A stretch of DNA of 63,308 bases, the filler included, from Reticulomyxa filosa (taxonomy: Eukaryota > Protista > Foraminifera): the NCBI GenBank assembly GCA_000512085.1. It is 17 parts of 17 records of this genome, joined end to end, with 100 filler letters (N's around TTAATTAATTAA, not from the genome) between each part and the next. Parts side by side here need not be neighbours in the genome. Positions count along the whole stretch, not along the records: positions 1 to 8,035 come from ASPP01013435.1; positions 8,136 to 14,523 come from ASPP01013500.1; 15 more parts are not named here. One strand, given 5' to 3'. Below the pieces are notes generated by a model. The model was not told where the DNA came from and searched no databases. It saw only the letters and a program-made list of their open reading frames with translations. A program made the position numbers and the translations under genes. Positions 1 through 12,306 of the stretch are shown here, in pieces; position 1 is the first letter of the stretch; each line of letters begins with the position of its first letter.

Positions 1-278
1 GTATTCTATGAATATTTTTTTTACAGCTGATATTCTGGTATATCAATGAAAAAAATGATTTTGAAAATTTTGCAAAACTATGTGTATTTTTACTTTTATT
101 AGAATTAACAAACTTCCAAATTTTTTTGTTTATTTTTAAGATTCTTCAAGTCACTTAGATACTTTTTTAAAAAAATTAGTCTTCTATCCTTCTTAGTTTT
201 CAGAAAAATCATATTCTTTTATTGTAGTTTATTCCCTCCGTCAATAATGAATCAAAATTTTAGTTTTATTTTCATTAA

Positions 279-319
279 GTAGCGTTTTAGGCGGTAAGTT
301 TTTTGTGCAACCTACTGTA
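279..319. mobile_element. Right-end terminal inverted repeat of a TA-flanked (Tc1/mariner-type) MITE family
   Basis: The reverse complement of 279-319 (TA-CAGTAGGTTGCACAAAAAACTTACCGCCTAAAACGCTAC) matches 2760-2800 with 3 mismatches and resembles both ends of 3321-3547. It ends in CTG followed by TA. Confidence 0.65.
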
Positions 320-2065
320 GATCAAAAACAAAAATAATCAATAATTCAAATTGTTGTAACAATTTTCCTATTTTATTTAACATAAAAATACCATTTTATC
401 TACACTTTTTTGAGAATTTTGAAAAGAAGGTGGCACATTAATTAGAATATATTATGAGTTATTTTTCCAAAAAAGTTAAAAGATTGGATGGAGCAAAAAG
501 AGTTACAAGTTATCCTGTAAACGAATAATATAAAAATCTCAACAGTAAATTGTCCTTTCTAACACATATAGTTTTTATTATTTGCTTTGGTTACTTTGAT
601 TTTTTACTTGTGAAACCCTCACCATATGAGTTTACTCAAGTACATTCATGACAAATTGAAAACATGTTTTACCTTATAAGTTTATTGAAAATGGGTCTTT
701 AGTGATAATAACTCTTTCATGATTTACAACAAAAAACCTGGCAATTTATGTTGTCTTCTTACAGATAAATAACATTTTTATTATATAAAATGTATAAGTG
801 AAATTGTTTTATGAACTACTATTTCGAAAATAGTTGAAAAATATAACATTGTGTGAAAAGGTTTTTATTTTATGTCCTATTACAATTAACAAAAATAATT
901 GTTGGTCCTTTCTGAAGATAAAAAGAGAATTACTCAAAGTATTTTTAGCAATTTTTCGAAAAGAAAACACAAGAAAGTGAAACGAGATTGGAAAGGGACT
1001 TTAAAAAAAAATTGAAATGAAACCAGACTTTTTTATTCATATATCTTTTGCAGTTATTAGCAGCAACGAAGTTACCATAGCAAACCTTCAACGTATTGAC
1101 ATAGCATGGATTGAACAAAAGACAATTATTGTTTGTACATCATTTTTTTAGGATAGGATATGGACAGTGACGGAAAAAGAGAGAAAGAAAAAGGATATGT
1201 AAAGAAAAAGTGAGAAAAAAGTGGAAGAAAAAGTGTAAAAGTAAAGGGAAAAAATGCTTTTTTCTATACTTTCCTTTCCTTTTAAAATGGAATAGGTTGA
1301 CTCAAAGTTATGATTTGATGTGCAAAATATACATTTTCGTGATGGCAAATCATATCTCGTTTTTGTTGATTGATTCGAAATATTCTTGGATGTCTTAAAA
1401 AACAAAGCTAAATATGTAAAAATGATGTGTGCTAATAAAGTAATGATAATGAAAAAGTGATTAGATTATGTATGGAAAGTGATTTATTATGTGAAATATC
1501 AGAAAATAATGTGCGATTACAAAATCTAATTATTTTAACTAATGTACAAGATTCAACCAAAGTTGCATATAGATATATCAAAATAAATGTTATCGACAAC
1601 GAGATTATTATACTATTTTTTAAAATAATAATAACAATTATGAAACAAAACAATATATGTGTATGTGTATATTAAGGTTGTAAAAAAAAGTCTTTACACA
1701 ATTATATTTAATATGGAAAAATTGCTTTATACGCAAGTAATAACAAAGTTAGTTGATTATTATTTGTGTTTGTTGTTTAGATTAATTAATAAAAAAAATA
1801 CTTACAAGAAAACATAGTAAATAACAAAGATATGTATTTATAAGAACATGTTAACAAATTGATAGATCAAGTACATATAATAGTGGAAATATTATTGTCA
1901 CAACGAATACAAATCAACAATAATTTAAATTAGTTTGAATGAATTAGTTATTCAACAAGGAAATCAGAATTGAAAAACAATTGCAGCAATAAAAGCAAAA
2001 TAGTATTAAAAAGGGGACTCCCACTAAGTGGAGGGGAGGATGGAGGGCACAAGTGTACCAGAGTG

Positions 2066-2270
2066 GCCAAGCATTCCATTGTTCAAGTATTCCGGTATTC
2101 AAGTATTCGGTGTTCAAGCATTCAGGTGTTCAAGCATTCCAGTGTTCAAGCATTCCAGTGTTCAAGTATTCCAGTTTTTAAGCATTCCACTGTTCAGGGA
2201 TTGTAGTGCTTAAGAATTCCAATTTTTAAGCGTTCCATTATTCAAGTATTCCAGTGTTCAAGCATTCCTG
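2066..2270. repeat. 16-bp minisatellite, consensus TTCAAGCATTCCAGTG, about 12-13 degenerate copies
   Basis: Directly visible, e.g. ttcaagcattccagtg ttcaagcattccagtg ttcaagtattccagtt. Each unit is two related 8-mers. Confidence 0.9.
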
Positions 2271-2760
2271 GTTCCTATTGTTTGTTCCACAAAAAGTTAT
2301 CTCTTTTTTGTAATAAGGGAAAAGAGGAACGACTGCACTTTCAGATCCTGGTTCCTGGGGGAAAAAAGTAGGACCCCTTTTGTTAAAGGGGGGAGGTGGA
2401 GGAGGGTTGTAACTTCTGTCCCTGGCTCCGGGGGAAAAAAGCGTGACCCTTTTGTGACAAAGGGGGATGATGTGGGACTTCACTTTCTGATCCTGGCTCC
2501 CGAAAAAAAAATGCATTCCTTTTGTTAAAGGATTGAGGTGTATGTGGGCAAGCAACTTTAGTCCCTGGCTCCGTGAAAAAGCTATATCCCTTTAATATTA
2601 AAGGGTGGATTTGGGACATCAACTTCAGCACATACTCACGAAAAAAAAAAGCAAAACCTTTTTGTGTTAAAGGAGAAAGGTGGAAGGTGGCAGCATCTTC
2701 AGCAACTGGTTTAAAAAAAAAAATAGTATTACATTTGGGTTAAAGGAGTGAAGTGGATGT
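2267..2760. repeat. Degenerate ~70-80 bp tandem repeat (about 7 units), each with CCTGG(C/T)TCC, an A-tract and a CCTTT-loop-AAAGG hairpin
   Basis: Unit starts near 2267, 2347, 2421, 2492, 2563, ~2631 and ~2705. Hairpins include ccccttttgttaaagggg and the perfect palindrome ccctttaatattaaaggg. Confidence 0.75.
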
Positions 2761-2761
2761 A

Positions 2762-2902
2762 CAGTAAGTTGCATAAAAAACTTACCGCATAAAACGCTAC
2801 ATTATGATGATAACTGATTTTCTCCATGAACAAACATTTAAATCTAATTTTTTTCATTTAAAAAAATTAGGTTTAAATGTTTATTTTTCATGGAGAAAAT
2901 CG
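2762..2902. mobile_element. Truncated copy of the foldback MITE (left end plus internal palindrome)
   Basis: TA|CAGTAAGTTGCA at 2760-2773. The segment ~2816-2902 folds back on itself (gattttctccatgaa...ttcatggagaaaatc) and is homologous to 3321-3547. Confidence 0.65.
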
Positions 2903-3320
2903 ACTAGAACACCTTTTGTATTAAAAGATTGAAAAAAGCCAGCTTCCACATGAACTCTGAAATTGAAGGCATATAACCAATATGGAAATATTGTTGAGGG
3001 TACTTCACAAGGTTTTGACATAAGTGAAACACTACGCATATACTGGAAATACAGCAAATTGGCAATGATATCATATTAATAGACAAATACGTAATCGTAT
3101 ATCTCACAATGAAATGTTTTTGATAATTGGATTTCATATGCGTTTTCTTTGTTCATACATACCTTATTTGGAACTAGTCCTTTTTTGTTGTTGTGGAAGT
3201 AGAAAAATTTAGCTGACCTTTGAGATCTGAGATTTGCCAAAAAAGAAAGAGTATTTATACTTATATCATGATAATGCATAAAATCACAAACAAATTTTTG
3301 TGTATAAAATATTAAAAATG

Positions 3321-3547
3321 CAGTATGTTGCAAAGAAAACTGAACGCCTAAAACGATATCTTATGATGATAATTGATTTTCTAAATGAAAAATCAACATT
3401 TAGACCTAATTTTTTTTTTAATATCTAGAAGACTTTTAGATATTTTTAAAAAAAAAAATTAGGTCTAAATGTTGATTTTTCATTTAGAAAATCAATTATC
3501 ATCATAAGATATCGTTTTAGGCGTTCAGTTTTCTTTGTAACCTACTG
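3321..3547. mobile_element. Complete ~227-bp foldback MITE (near-perfect palindrome), Tc1/mariner-type ends
   Basis: The left arm cagtatgttgcaaagaaaactgaacgcctaaaacgatatcttatgatg... is the reverse complement of the right arm ...catcataagatatcgttttaggcgttcagttttctttgtaacctactg over ~100 bp. Flanks are TG on the left and TA on the right. Confidence 0.8.
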
Positions 3548-4344
3548 TATATTAGTACTTTAAATAAACTATTCACATTTGTTGGATTCTTCAAGTGAAT
3601 AAATAATGCATGTACATATATAAATTAGATACACAATATTAACTGATACATTCGATCATACTGACGCCAGACTAAGTAGATTTCGCTACAATATAATATG
3701 TTAATCATATCTTTATATTGATTCTTTTTCATTTCAACTAAAGCTAACTAAATGTCTTTCAATTCAGTCAACGTTACGTATTCTCTCCTTCACTAGATTT
3801 TGTTTTTAAAGTTGCAATGTCGCTTTAATTCTTCGTTTCCTACTTCTAACCCGTTTCTTTCGTTTTTCAACATCTATATCGGTTTAAATTTTCATCTTCT
3901 GACGTAGGCTGCTAGTTCATTTTTTTCTTTTTTTTTTCCCGTCAAAAATATGTTTCTAGGTTTGTTGGTCCCCTGAACAATGCAAAAGAATATTTGATTT
4001 ATTGTTATAACATTACTAAGGAACCTGTTATTTGTAAACAACAACACTTCCACTAAATAACCTAAAATATAACAATGAACAGAAGAGCCGATAATTGTAT
4101 CAAAGTATTACTCTTCAAGTGGAGACAATTAACTTCCGGAGTTTAAAAAAAAAAACGGAATAAATTGTTTCTATCTAACTTGAGATGAAATGCGACTGCA
4201 TTTTAAATTATTATTGATTTGTTTACAAATCGATCAATATGACACAAAAACTTAATTTTTTTTTTAAGTATTTACTCTTGGCATTTTTTTGTAAAGCTAT
4301 CTAATCATGTTTATTCCCTTTCCTCCCACTCATCGTGTTCTCTT

Positions 4345-6630
4345 CTAAAAAAGGAAAGATCGGTTAAAAGGTTTTCGAAAAGAAGAAGAAGAAGAAGAAG
4401 TAGAGGATGTCTTTGGTGGAGTTTTGTTGGTTCCTTGCAAAAGCAATTGCACTTGTTTGTGAGCAAAGTTTCTCTTTTTGAAATGTGCAGCATTGGTATG
4501 GATAAGACCGTGTTTGTTGGAACAGAGCAAAGGCATTCGGAAGCGGTTTGTGTCTTGAATGAGGACCTCTTCAATGAAAAGCGCATCATCATCGAGATCG
4601 AGGACACCACAGACATTGAAGATACCATCCCATTCCTGTGTCGTGGACCGCGACTTAGTTTTGGGGATTTCGTTTCGTTTGGCGACGAGCACTCCATTTT
4701 TATACCAACGAATGGCGGGACGTTTGCTGCGATCGATCCAAATGGAGATCCAATCGCCACCACCATAGTAAGGGATGTCTTTGCATACTGTCGATCCTTT
4801 TCGTTGGATGCTGCCACTTTCATCATTCGATCCACTGCGTGTCGAATAATGATTTTTATCATCTTCGAATCCTTCTTTATTGTTTTCATTGTCATCGTCT
4901 TCTTCTTCTTCTTCTTCATCGTCATCATCCTCATCATCCTCATTTTCTTCATCACTTTCATCATCATCATCATCATCATCGTCATCATTGTCATCAATGC
5001 CATCTCCTTCATCTCTATTTGTTTGTTCTTCATTGTCGTCGTCGTTTCGTTGCTCTTCATCCCCATTCTCATCGTCGTCCTCATCGCCATCCTCACTCCT
5101 TTCTTTTGTCGCGCTAAATCGACCCAATCTGCCGCTTCTGCTGTTTCGCGTATTGAATTCGGTCGGACTTGACAGTACGCCTGAGCTCACGTCTTCGTGG
5201 TGGAAACCACTGTTGGATCGTGCCAAAATCGAGTCTGATATAGTTTGTGAGTTGTTATTTTTTTTTTTTTCCTCCAATAATTGTTTGACATGCACAAACA
5301 AACACCATTTTCCCCTCCTCATCCTTACATTGAGAGGAGGAGGAAAGAAAAAAAAAAAAAAAAAAAACAAAGAGTGTAGGAGAAAGACCTTTGAATAGTG
5401 AAAAAGATTGATTGTGACTTCGATAATAATGTAGGAGTGGTGATTGAGACAAATAAATGTTTTCCAGAGTGGCTCTATACGAGCGTCGTTTGTTTGAGGA
5501 GATATGTCTTCCAATTTTGGATTCTCTTGCACCGTAATAAAACAGTCCATTCGATGAGCTTTCCAAGTCATGAGCTTCATGGTAAGTTGCATTGTCCACC
5601 AGTCCAATCCACATTTCATCTCCTTTTTATATTTATTATATATACATATATACATACATATATATATATATATATACATATATATGTATATGTGTTTTTT
5701 ATTTTTATTTTTTAAAAAAAAAAAGTGTTTTTAAAGTGCAAACAAGTTAATCAACTTTTGTGCAAAACAAAAATGTTGACAAGGAGACGATCAGTGATCA
5801 TTGGCATATCACTGCGAATATTGATAAAGTCGAGAGAGGGGTTGCTAAAGTGTGCGATGCTGTTGGAGTGAGCCCATGACACTTGCTCACCAAACAATGG
5901 ACGAATTGCACTTGCGCTCCATCGCATTCCTTTATATATACATATATGTATATGTGCACACCATTGTGTTATTTAAAAAAATACCACACAATTTTTGCTA
6001 AAAAAAAATAAAAAATAAAAAATAGAAAATACCACCAACAAATGTTGCAATAACATCCAATATGTAATGTTCCATTGGTAATTGCCATTGGTGTACAGTA
6101 ATTTGATAGAGTATTTTTTTAATATTAATTTGCATTGGTTCATTGGATTCATAACAAAACAATGCGATATTCAATGCAATAAAATCAATTCCGACCATTT
6201 CTCCTCTTGTCCTTTTTCTTTCTTCTTCTTCTTCTTCATCATCTTCATCTTCTTCTCTTTCTGATGTACCATTGCCATCCTCGTTGTCATTGTCATTCAT
6301 TGACACCAATCCTTCATTCAAAAGGTGTGCTTTTAATAGCAAACTTAACTCGTAATGGCTTGGAATCATGTGCTTCCATGTTTCACTCTTTTTTTCTATA
6401 TCTTTGTAGTAATTCCTTCCCACTCTTTTCCCTCTTTCTCTTGATTCTCGCAATCTTTGCTCTTTCCTTTTATTTCCTAGGCCTATCTGCACTTTTGTCA
6501 CCTTGTTTGATGTTTGTCTACCCTCCTGCGAACACCAGCGCTGAGTATTACAAATCGTACATTTTTGTCCTTTCAATTTCTTTGACAAGCAGACACGACA
6601 ATCCCACTTTCTATCCAAACTATTTCCCAT
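4345..6630 (-). CDS. Multi-exon protein: N-terminal RanBP2-type zinc finger plus SPRY-like domain interrupted by a long D/E-rich insert
   Basis: Exon 1 starts MGNSLD and has WDCRVC-x9-CTIC. A GT-AG intron at 5930-6032 joins in frame to MRWSASAIRPLFGE. Later exons carry EMWIGLVD...LFYYG and GDWISIWID...IRWYKNG (SPRY-like strands) either side of an acidic tract. Internal exon borders are only partly resolved. Confidence 0.55.
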
Positions 6631-7074
6631 GTCTTTCGATTGTGCAAATTATTTTATTGGTAAAAAACCCATTTCATAAACCGACTTTTGCCTAAAAAAA
6701 AAAAAAAATCACCACTCTTTACTTTTAAAGGCATATCAGATCAGCAAAAATTTTTTGGCTTACGTGTTAGTAAATTTTTCTTATTTCTTCACCTGCAAGT
6801 CTGCATTTTCTCTGAAAACTAATAAACCGAGCTTCTTTATTTTTGTTGTGTTTGAGTTAAAAGAGTAGCTTTACATTTCAAAGCATTAGGTTTTTGTTAA
6901 GACAATCATAATCCTCTTTGTCCTCTACGAGTAATGCGAATTTTTACAAAGTAAATGAAGTTGATGCACGAGATCGAATTAAGAGAAAGGAGTACTTGTT
7001 AAAAAATAATTAGGCCAAATCATCCATCAGCATCAAACACATCCAAAAAAAAAAAAAAACCAAAGAGAAAAGCA

Positions 7075-8035
7075 ATGAATCTCTTTCGCAGACGTCAAGG
7101 TTCGCTTGACATGGAGTATAAATTTCACGTAACATTTGAAAAGCTGACGTTACAGAACGAGCCTCATTGTGTATATGCGCGCATTGGACTAAAAGACAAA
7201 AGCCGAAAGCACTCGACAAAGATATTTACACAATGGCGACGTGGGAAAGAGATATTTGCAGTCCATGACACAGTGGAACTTTGTGCACGTTTATCATATG
7301 AAATGTCGGACAACAGCGATCACGCAAAAGTAACAACAGACAATAATAACGATAACAATAACAATAGCAATAATAATGGAAATGATAAGCACAGTCCAGA
7401 TTTGGTGGAAAACACGTTTGAGTCAAAACTGATAAAAATAACGATTGAAACGCGTGAAAGTATGACGAGTAAGCCAGCCATTTACGGCGACTATGTAATG
7501 GACATTGCTGGATATGTTGATGTCAACGCACCAGACAAGGTATTTTCAGTCAATACCCAATTGCAAGGTCACAAGAAATCAACCCGGCAGGCTTTCGTTC
7601 AAGTATATATATATGTATATATATGTATATATACATATATGTGTATGTATATACAAATGTATATAACAAAAAAAAGACCCCCTTTTTTTTTTTTTTTTGA
7701 AGCAATACATTGCACGTGCGTACGCACGTTGCAATATGCATGCTTATGCATGAGAATGCATCAGTCAAAACAAAGTAACAAAAAAAAAAAAAAAAAAAAA
7801 AAAAGGAAGGGGTTGTAAGAAACACCACTGTGCGTATTTAAAAAAAAAACAAAAAAAAACAGGCGTCTATTCGAAGTGAATTTATTCCAGAAGAAATGTC
7901 AAATGCTGCTAATAAGGGCGTGGCTGGCAACGGAGTGGGCACGAATCCTGTCCAATGTTCCATTCCATTCTTGTCACATCACCTTCACTCCAACACGGAG
8001 CCTGCAGTCTCGTCACCGTTGACCAACAAGAAAGA
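7075..8035 (+). CDS. NT-C2 (EEIG1/EHBP1-type N-terminal C2) domain protein, 3' truncated by the contig end
   Basis: YKFHVTFEKL..., FESKLIKITIE..., YGDYVMDIAGYV fit the NT-C2 pattern. An intron at ~7603-7862 (gtatat...aacag) is followed by ASIRSEFIPEE. Confidence 0.65.
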
Positions 8036-8135
8036 NNNNNNNNNNNNNNNNNNNNNNNNNNNNNNNNNNNNNNNNNNNNTTAATTAATTAANNNNNNNNN
8101 NNNNNNNNNNNNNNNNNNNNNNNNNNNNNNNNNNN
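8036..8135. other. Artificial contig-joining linker (44 N + TTAATTAATTAA + 44 N); first of 16
   Basis: Identical 100-bp blocks start at 8036, 14524, 20597, 22145, 24662, 26738, 31902, 33162, 35198, 37585, 40208, 41908, 44805, 53335, 55580 and 61945. TTAATTAATTAA gives stops in all six frames. Confidence 0.98.
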
Positions 8136-8136
8136 T

Positions 8137-8172
<36 letters not shown>

Positions 8173-8179
8173 CAAAATG

Positions 8180-8990
8180 CAAAGTGACATTGAAAATAGA
8201 ATCAACAAAATGAATTCGCGAGTTTGCAACTGTGGGTCCTCCAACGACGGAAGATGGGTTTGGAGTGTGTCCGTGGATCGACCTTTGCGGTTGGACTTTT
8301 TCGAGCGTTTGGAAACGAATCAATTGTGCGAGGATTTGCTGCGACTTGTCATTCGGCGTTTTCAACGCGAGTGCGTTTTGCACATTCAAATTCTCTTTGT
8401 TGCTACTTTCGCTCACACCACTCGACCTGCTCTCGCCTTCACCTAGACTCGACTTCGTTGTCGTCGTCGTCGTCGTCGTTGTCTTGTCGCTCTTCACACT
8501 TTTGTTGCTACTCGTTCCTGTCGACGCCAACTTTTTCATTTTGCAATTCCATCCGGTTTTTTGTTGTCGGTGTTTTTGTTTGTTTTTTTTTTGAAAAAAC
8601 TCCGCATTTTTGTTGTTGTTATGTATTTGCATATTAGTATATGTAAAGTGTCCATTTGATCCTTATTTATTCTAAAATGTCCATTTTTGTGTTTGGAAAA
8701 TACACAAACTAATTGTGTGCTTACGTTGGGCTTGGGATTGGTATTGCTGTTGAATGATAGCAGTCGGGAGTGCGGTGTTGCTAGATCAACTGATTTCAAT
8801 ATAGAGTCAGGACTCTGACTTTTTTATTTGTTTTATCCCACAATATACCCAGAAAACAATCCTGTCTTCTTTTGCTTGTATGACTTGCATTTGTTTCTCA
8901 TATGTTTCAAATACACTTGCCTGGCTTGGATCGCTGCTTTGGCGTCGTCTTCTTGCCTTTCTTTCTGTTGCTGCATAGCCAACTAACCAG
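8180..8990 (-). CDS. Hypothetical S/T-rich protein, multi-exon fragment
   Basis: GC-richer, protein-like segments (ERKARRRRQSSDPSQ; KKLASTGTSSNKSVKSDKTTTT; QQILAQLIRFQTLEK) are separated by AT-rich intron-like tracts. No family recognised. Confidence 0.4.
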
Positions 8991-9322
8991 CACACTGTCC
9001 ACCACCACAATAAAATAACAAATTCTGAAATGCAATCTAGAAAGAGAATTTTTACTAAACACAATTGGCCTGCCTGTTGAAATATATATAATACTATATA
9101 CTTCAAATATTTCTTCCCAAAAAACTGCCAACAGAACGGACTTTTAACAATGTATTCATTTTAAGCTATTAAAAGCAAAATCAAAAGTGCTAAAGTACAT
9201 ACCCTTATTTGGGATGTTATTGTTTGTTTTGGTGAATTCTTAAAGAACAAATTTTTTCAATATTGCGTTGTTTTTGTTTGCCGTGTTGGACGAGTGGGAA
9301 AAGAAATTGCCCCAAAAAAATA

Positions 9323-11091
9323 ATGATGAATCTAGCAGGTGGATTTGGAACATCGTTACATAAAACGAAGCAAGTTAGTGCTTTCAGCCTGTCTGACTTT
9401 GAGCATGAAGGAATATTTGCTCGTTATTATTTCGACACCTGTTCAAAAGACACGAAGGAGAGACAAGGAGAATTGGGAGCCGAAGAGAAAAAAGAGTTGG
9501 AAGCGAAACAAGAACAATCCAAGAAAGAAATTGAGCAAGAATTTTTTAGTATTCGTCGAAACTATGCACGGAGTCATGACCCTTTGTCAAATGAAATGCA
9601 AGAATGGCTGGGCCTGGGTTTGCACAGCAAATACGATGGGAAGAAAGGTATAGCCAAGTATGGACGACCTCCAGTAATGTTGATGGTTGCACTGGACGTA
9701 TCAGGATCGATGGATTGTACGATAACCGCCAGCGAAGGTGAAATGCAAAGTACATCGAAAATCGAAATCGCCAAGCATAGTCTGTTGTCTATGCTTCGCC
9801 AACTCAAAGACAACGATTCAATTGGAATCGTCACATTCAATACCCAATGCGAAGTGTTGTTTCCATTGACAGTATGGAAACAGGCAAATGCTGAGTCATT
9901 AAAAAAGGTGATCACTTCCGTTGTTGCAGGGGGCGGAACGGACTTGTCCGTGGCATTCGCAGGGGCAAGTAAGGTGTTGAAAGAGAAGCGCGCAAAGGAC
10001 AGTAGCAGCGTACCCTCAAACACGCAGTACCGTATATTGTTTTTGACCGATATGCAACCCAATTCTGGAGAAAGAAGAAAAACTGGATTGTTTGGTTTAG
10101 CGGAAGAGTGCGCCAACGAACAAATTTACACTACTTTTGTCGGTGTTGGTGAAGACTTTGGAAGCGACTTGGCGCAGTACATTTCCACTGATTTGAAAGG
10201 TGCTCAATACATGACAGTGAGGACGGCCAAAGAATTTGAAGATTTGATGACCGAGAACTTCGAATACAGTATTTTTCCAATCATTTTTGATTTCAAGTGA
10301 AAACTGGATTTTTTTTTTTACCATTTGCTCTTAAAAAAAAAAAAAAAGGGACATATATTTGTATAAATGAGGAGTATACGTAATGTCAAACTTAGCAAAT
10401 ATAATTTGTAACCAGGCTCGAAATAATTGAAAGTGAGACCTCGGCGTATGTGATGGACCAAGTGTTTGGCACTCGCGAGCGGGACAAATCGACTGGTTGT
10501 TTGATGACGGTGAAAACACTATTCCCTTCACATGTGGACGAACAGGGGGTCACCAAAGGGTGTATGCTGCTGTTGAAAATGAAGCGTAACCCATTGCTGG
10601 CAAATAAAAAGAAAGAGGACGGAGAAGAGGGCCAGTCGCAATCCTCTTCGGTGGTGCAGTTCAAATGCACATATCACAATGCAATTACTGCCTCAGATGA
10701 ATCCAAAGTATTTTCGGTCGCCTTTCCTCCGTTAGATGTGCTTCAACGTCCTTCGGACGAAGAGTGGTTCGAAAGTCATGGTGTGCAGAAAATTATTGTA
10801 CTGACACATTATATCAACTTTTGTAGGGCAGTTATTGCCAATGTCTCTGTTGACCAAACCACTGGAGTCCCTAGTCAACATTGTCCACGTGTAGATAAAG
10901 ACTCCTCTTCTTCAAATTCCTCCGCCAGTGGAGAATTGCTCACTTCACAACTTGAGGTTTTTGATGCTTTCAAAGATTACTTTTCCAATCAATGTGAGCT
11001 TTTGCAAGACGAATTTATGAAACAAGAAATTGTTGTTCTCAACAAATTCATTGACCAACAAAAGCAAAAATATCAACAAAAAGAGGAATAA
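9323..11091 (+). CDS. von Willebrand factor A (vWA) domain protein, two exons
   Basis: MIDAS motif ALDVSGSM, plus GGTDLS and ILFLTDMQPN. An intron at ~10297-10414 joins ORF 9263-10300 to ORF 10450-11091. Confidence 0.85.
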
Positions 11092-12306
11092 TGTTTCCCT
11101 TTGACACACATTTTTTTTTGTTTGAAACCTACAACGTAAAAAGATTTTTACTGAGAGAAAAAATTATATTGTACTGACAATATATTGACCTTAGTTTGTA
11201 TAACCATTTGTAGCACTTAATTAAGCATAGTAATTTTGGGCTACTATCTTTAGGAAAACTTTATTTCTTCATCAGATACTTCCTAAAATATAGACTGCTA
11301 TTTGCGTTCTATGGCTTCTCTTCCTCTTAAATATTGAGCAGTGTAATATTAATTTTCGTGATATTAATCTCAGTCCCTTTTACAACTACTTACGTCCTAT
11401 GCCATTTGTTTAAAGTTTTTTCGTGACTGTTGTTTTCATTATTTGTGTAGAACAAAAACAGCAATCAGTAATACTGTCACTAGTATTCATACAAATCTAG
11501 TTGTCACAACTGAATTTGAAAATTATATTTATTATGTTTTGATAGTGAGTAATTGTCGGAATTAAGAATTGGAGAAGTTAGAGGACAACAAATGTTTCAA
11601 AGCCCATTTAAGTTTTGCTCAAATAAGTATGACTCGCCCTACTTTGTTATTAGCCAATAATAAATATTTCTACTAAAATAATTTAATCGTTCTCATTTTT
11701 ACTTGACTGTCGAAACCAACAAACCAAGATCAGTTTAGATTACGAAAATCAAACACTAATAAAAAACAACGTAATATTTCAACAGCAATATCAATAAAAA
11801 AATAATGGGAGCTTTCTTAACTTGAACAGGCTTAAAAATTATGCACGCACATAAAGGGGAGCATAACTAAAACGGAAAATCGTATTAAAAACAGTGATGC
11901 GAACTAAAAACCAATTCATTGGTATTTATTCTTCCCCGATTTTTTGTAGACAATAGTTTTTACTTTGTCATACGCCAATAATCTTTAGGAAAAATACAAA
12001 TACATGGAGGCTTGCAAATAAGAAGGGAAACGTAAAGAGTGACCAGTTCGAAGTATCATCAAAAAACGAATTATCTGAAAAGGTGGTCATGTCTTGTTAA
12101 TCGAAGCAAAAAAGAAAACAATTAATGTAGTCCTTCCCATCAAGGTCAAGCCACCCAAGCAACCCAAAAATTAAAAAAAAGAAGAGAAAGTTAAAATTCG
12201 AGAAAATGCTCATTGCATTTTATTTGTGTCTGTAATTAATTATTGAAGTAAAAACGTAGTCCCATTTCCCTAAACTCCCATTGTAGTGTTTTTTTTACAA
12301 ATAATT

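Noticed and set aside
1970-2631. ORFs 1970-2206, 2028-2213, 2238-2555 and 2383-2631 as proteins
   Set aside because: They are translations of the tandem repeats. Unit lengths do not preserve frame.
2066-2760. CRISPR array
   Set aside because: Units are degenerate along their whole length, with no identical repeats and unique spacers. The context is eukaryotic and there are no cas genes.
4311-5398. Overlapping ORFs rich in Met, Ile/Phe, His or Ser (including an apparent membrane protein at 4435-5172)
   Set aside because: They are alternative-frame and antisense readings of the (GAT/GAC/GAA)n acidic tract of the minus-strand gene.
8036-8135. Recurring TTAATTAATTAA as a biological motif, or the N-runs as sized scaffold gaps
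   Set aside because: The 100-bp construct is identical all 16 times and has six-frame stops. It is a concatenation linker.
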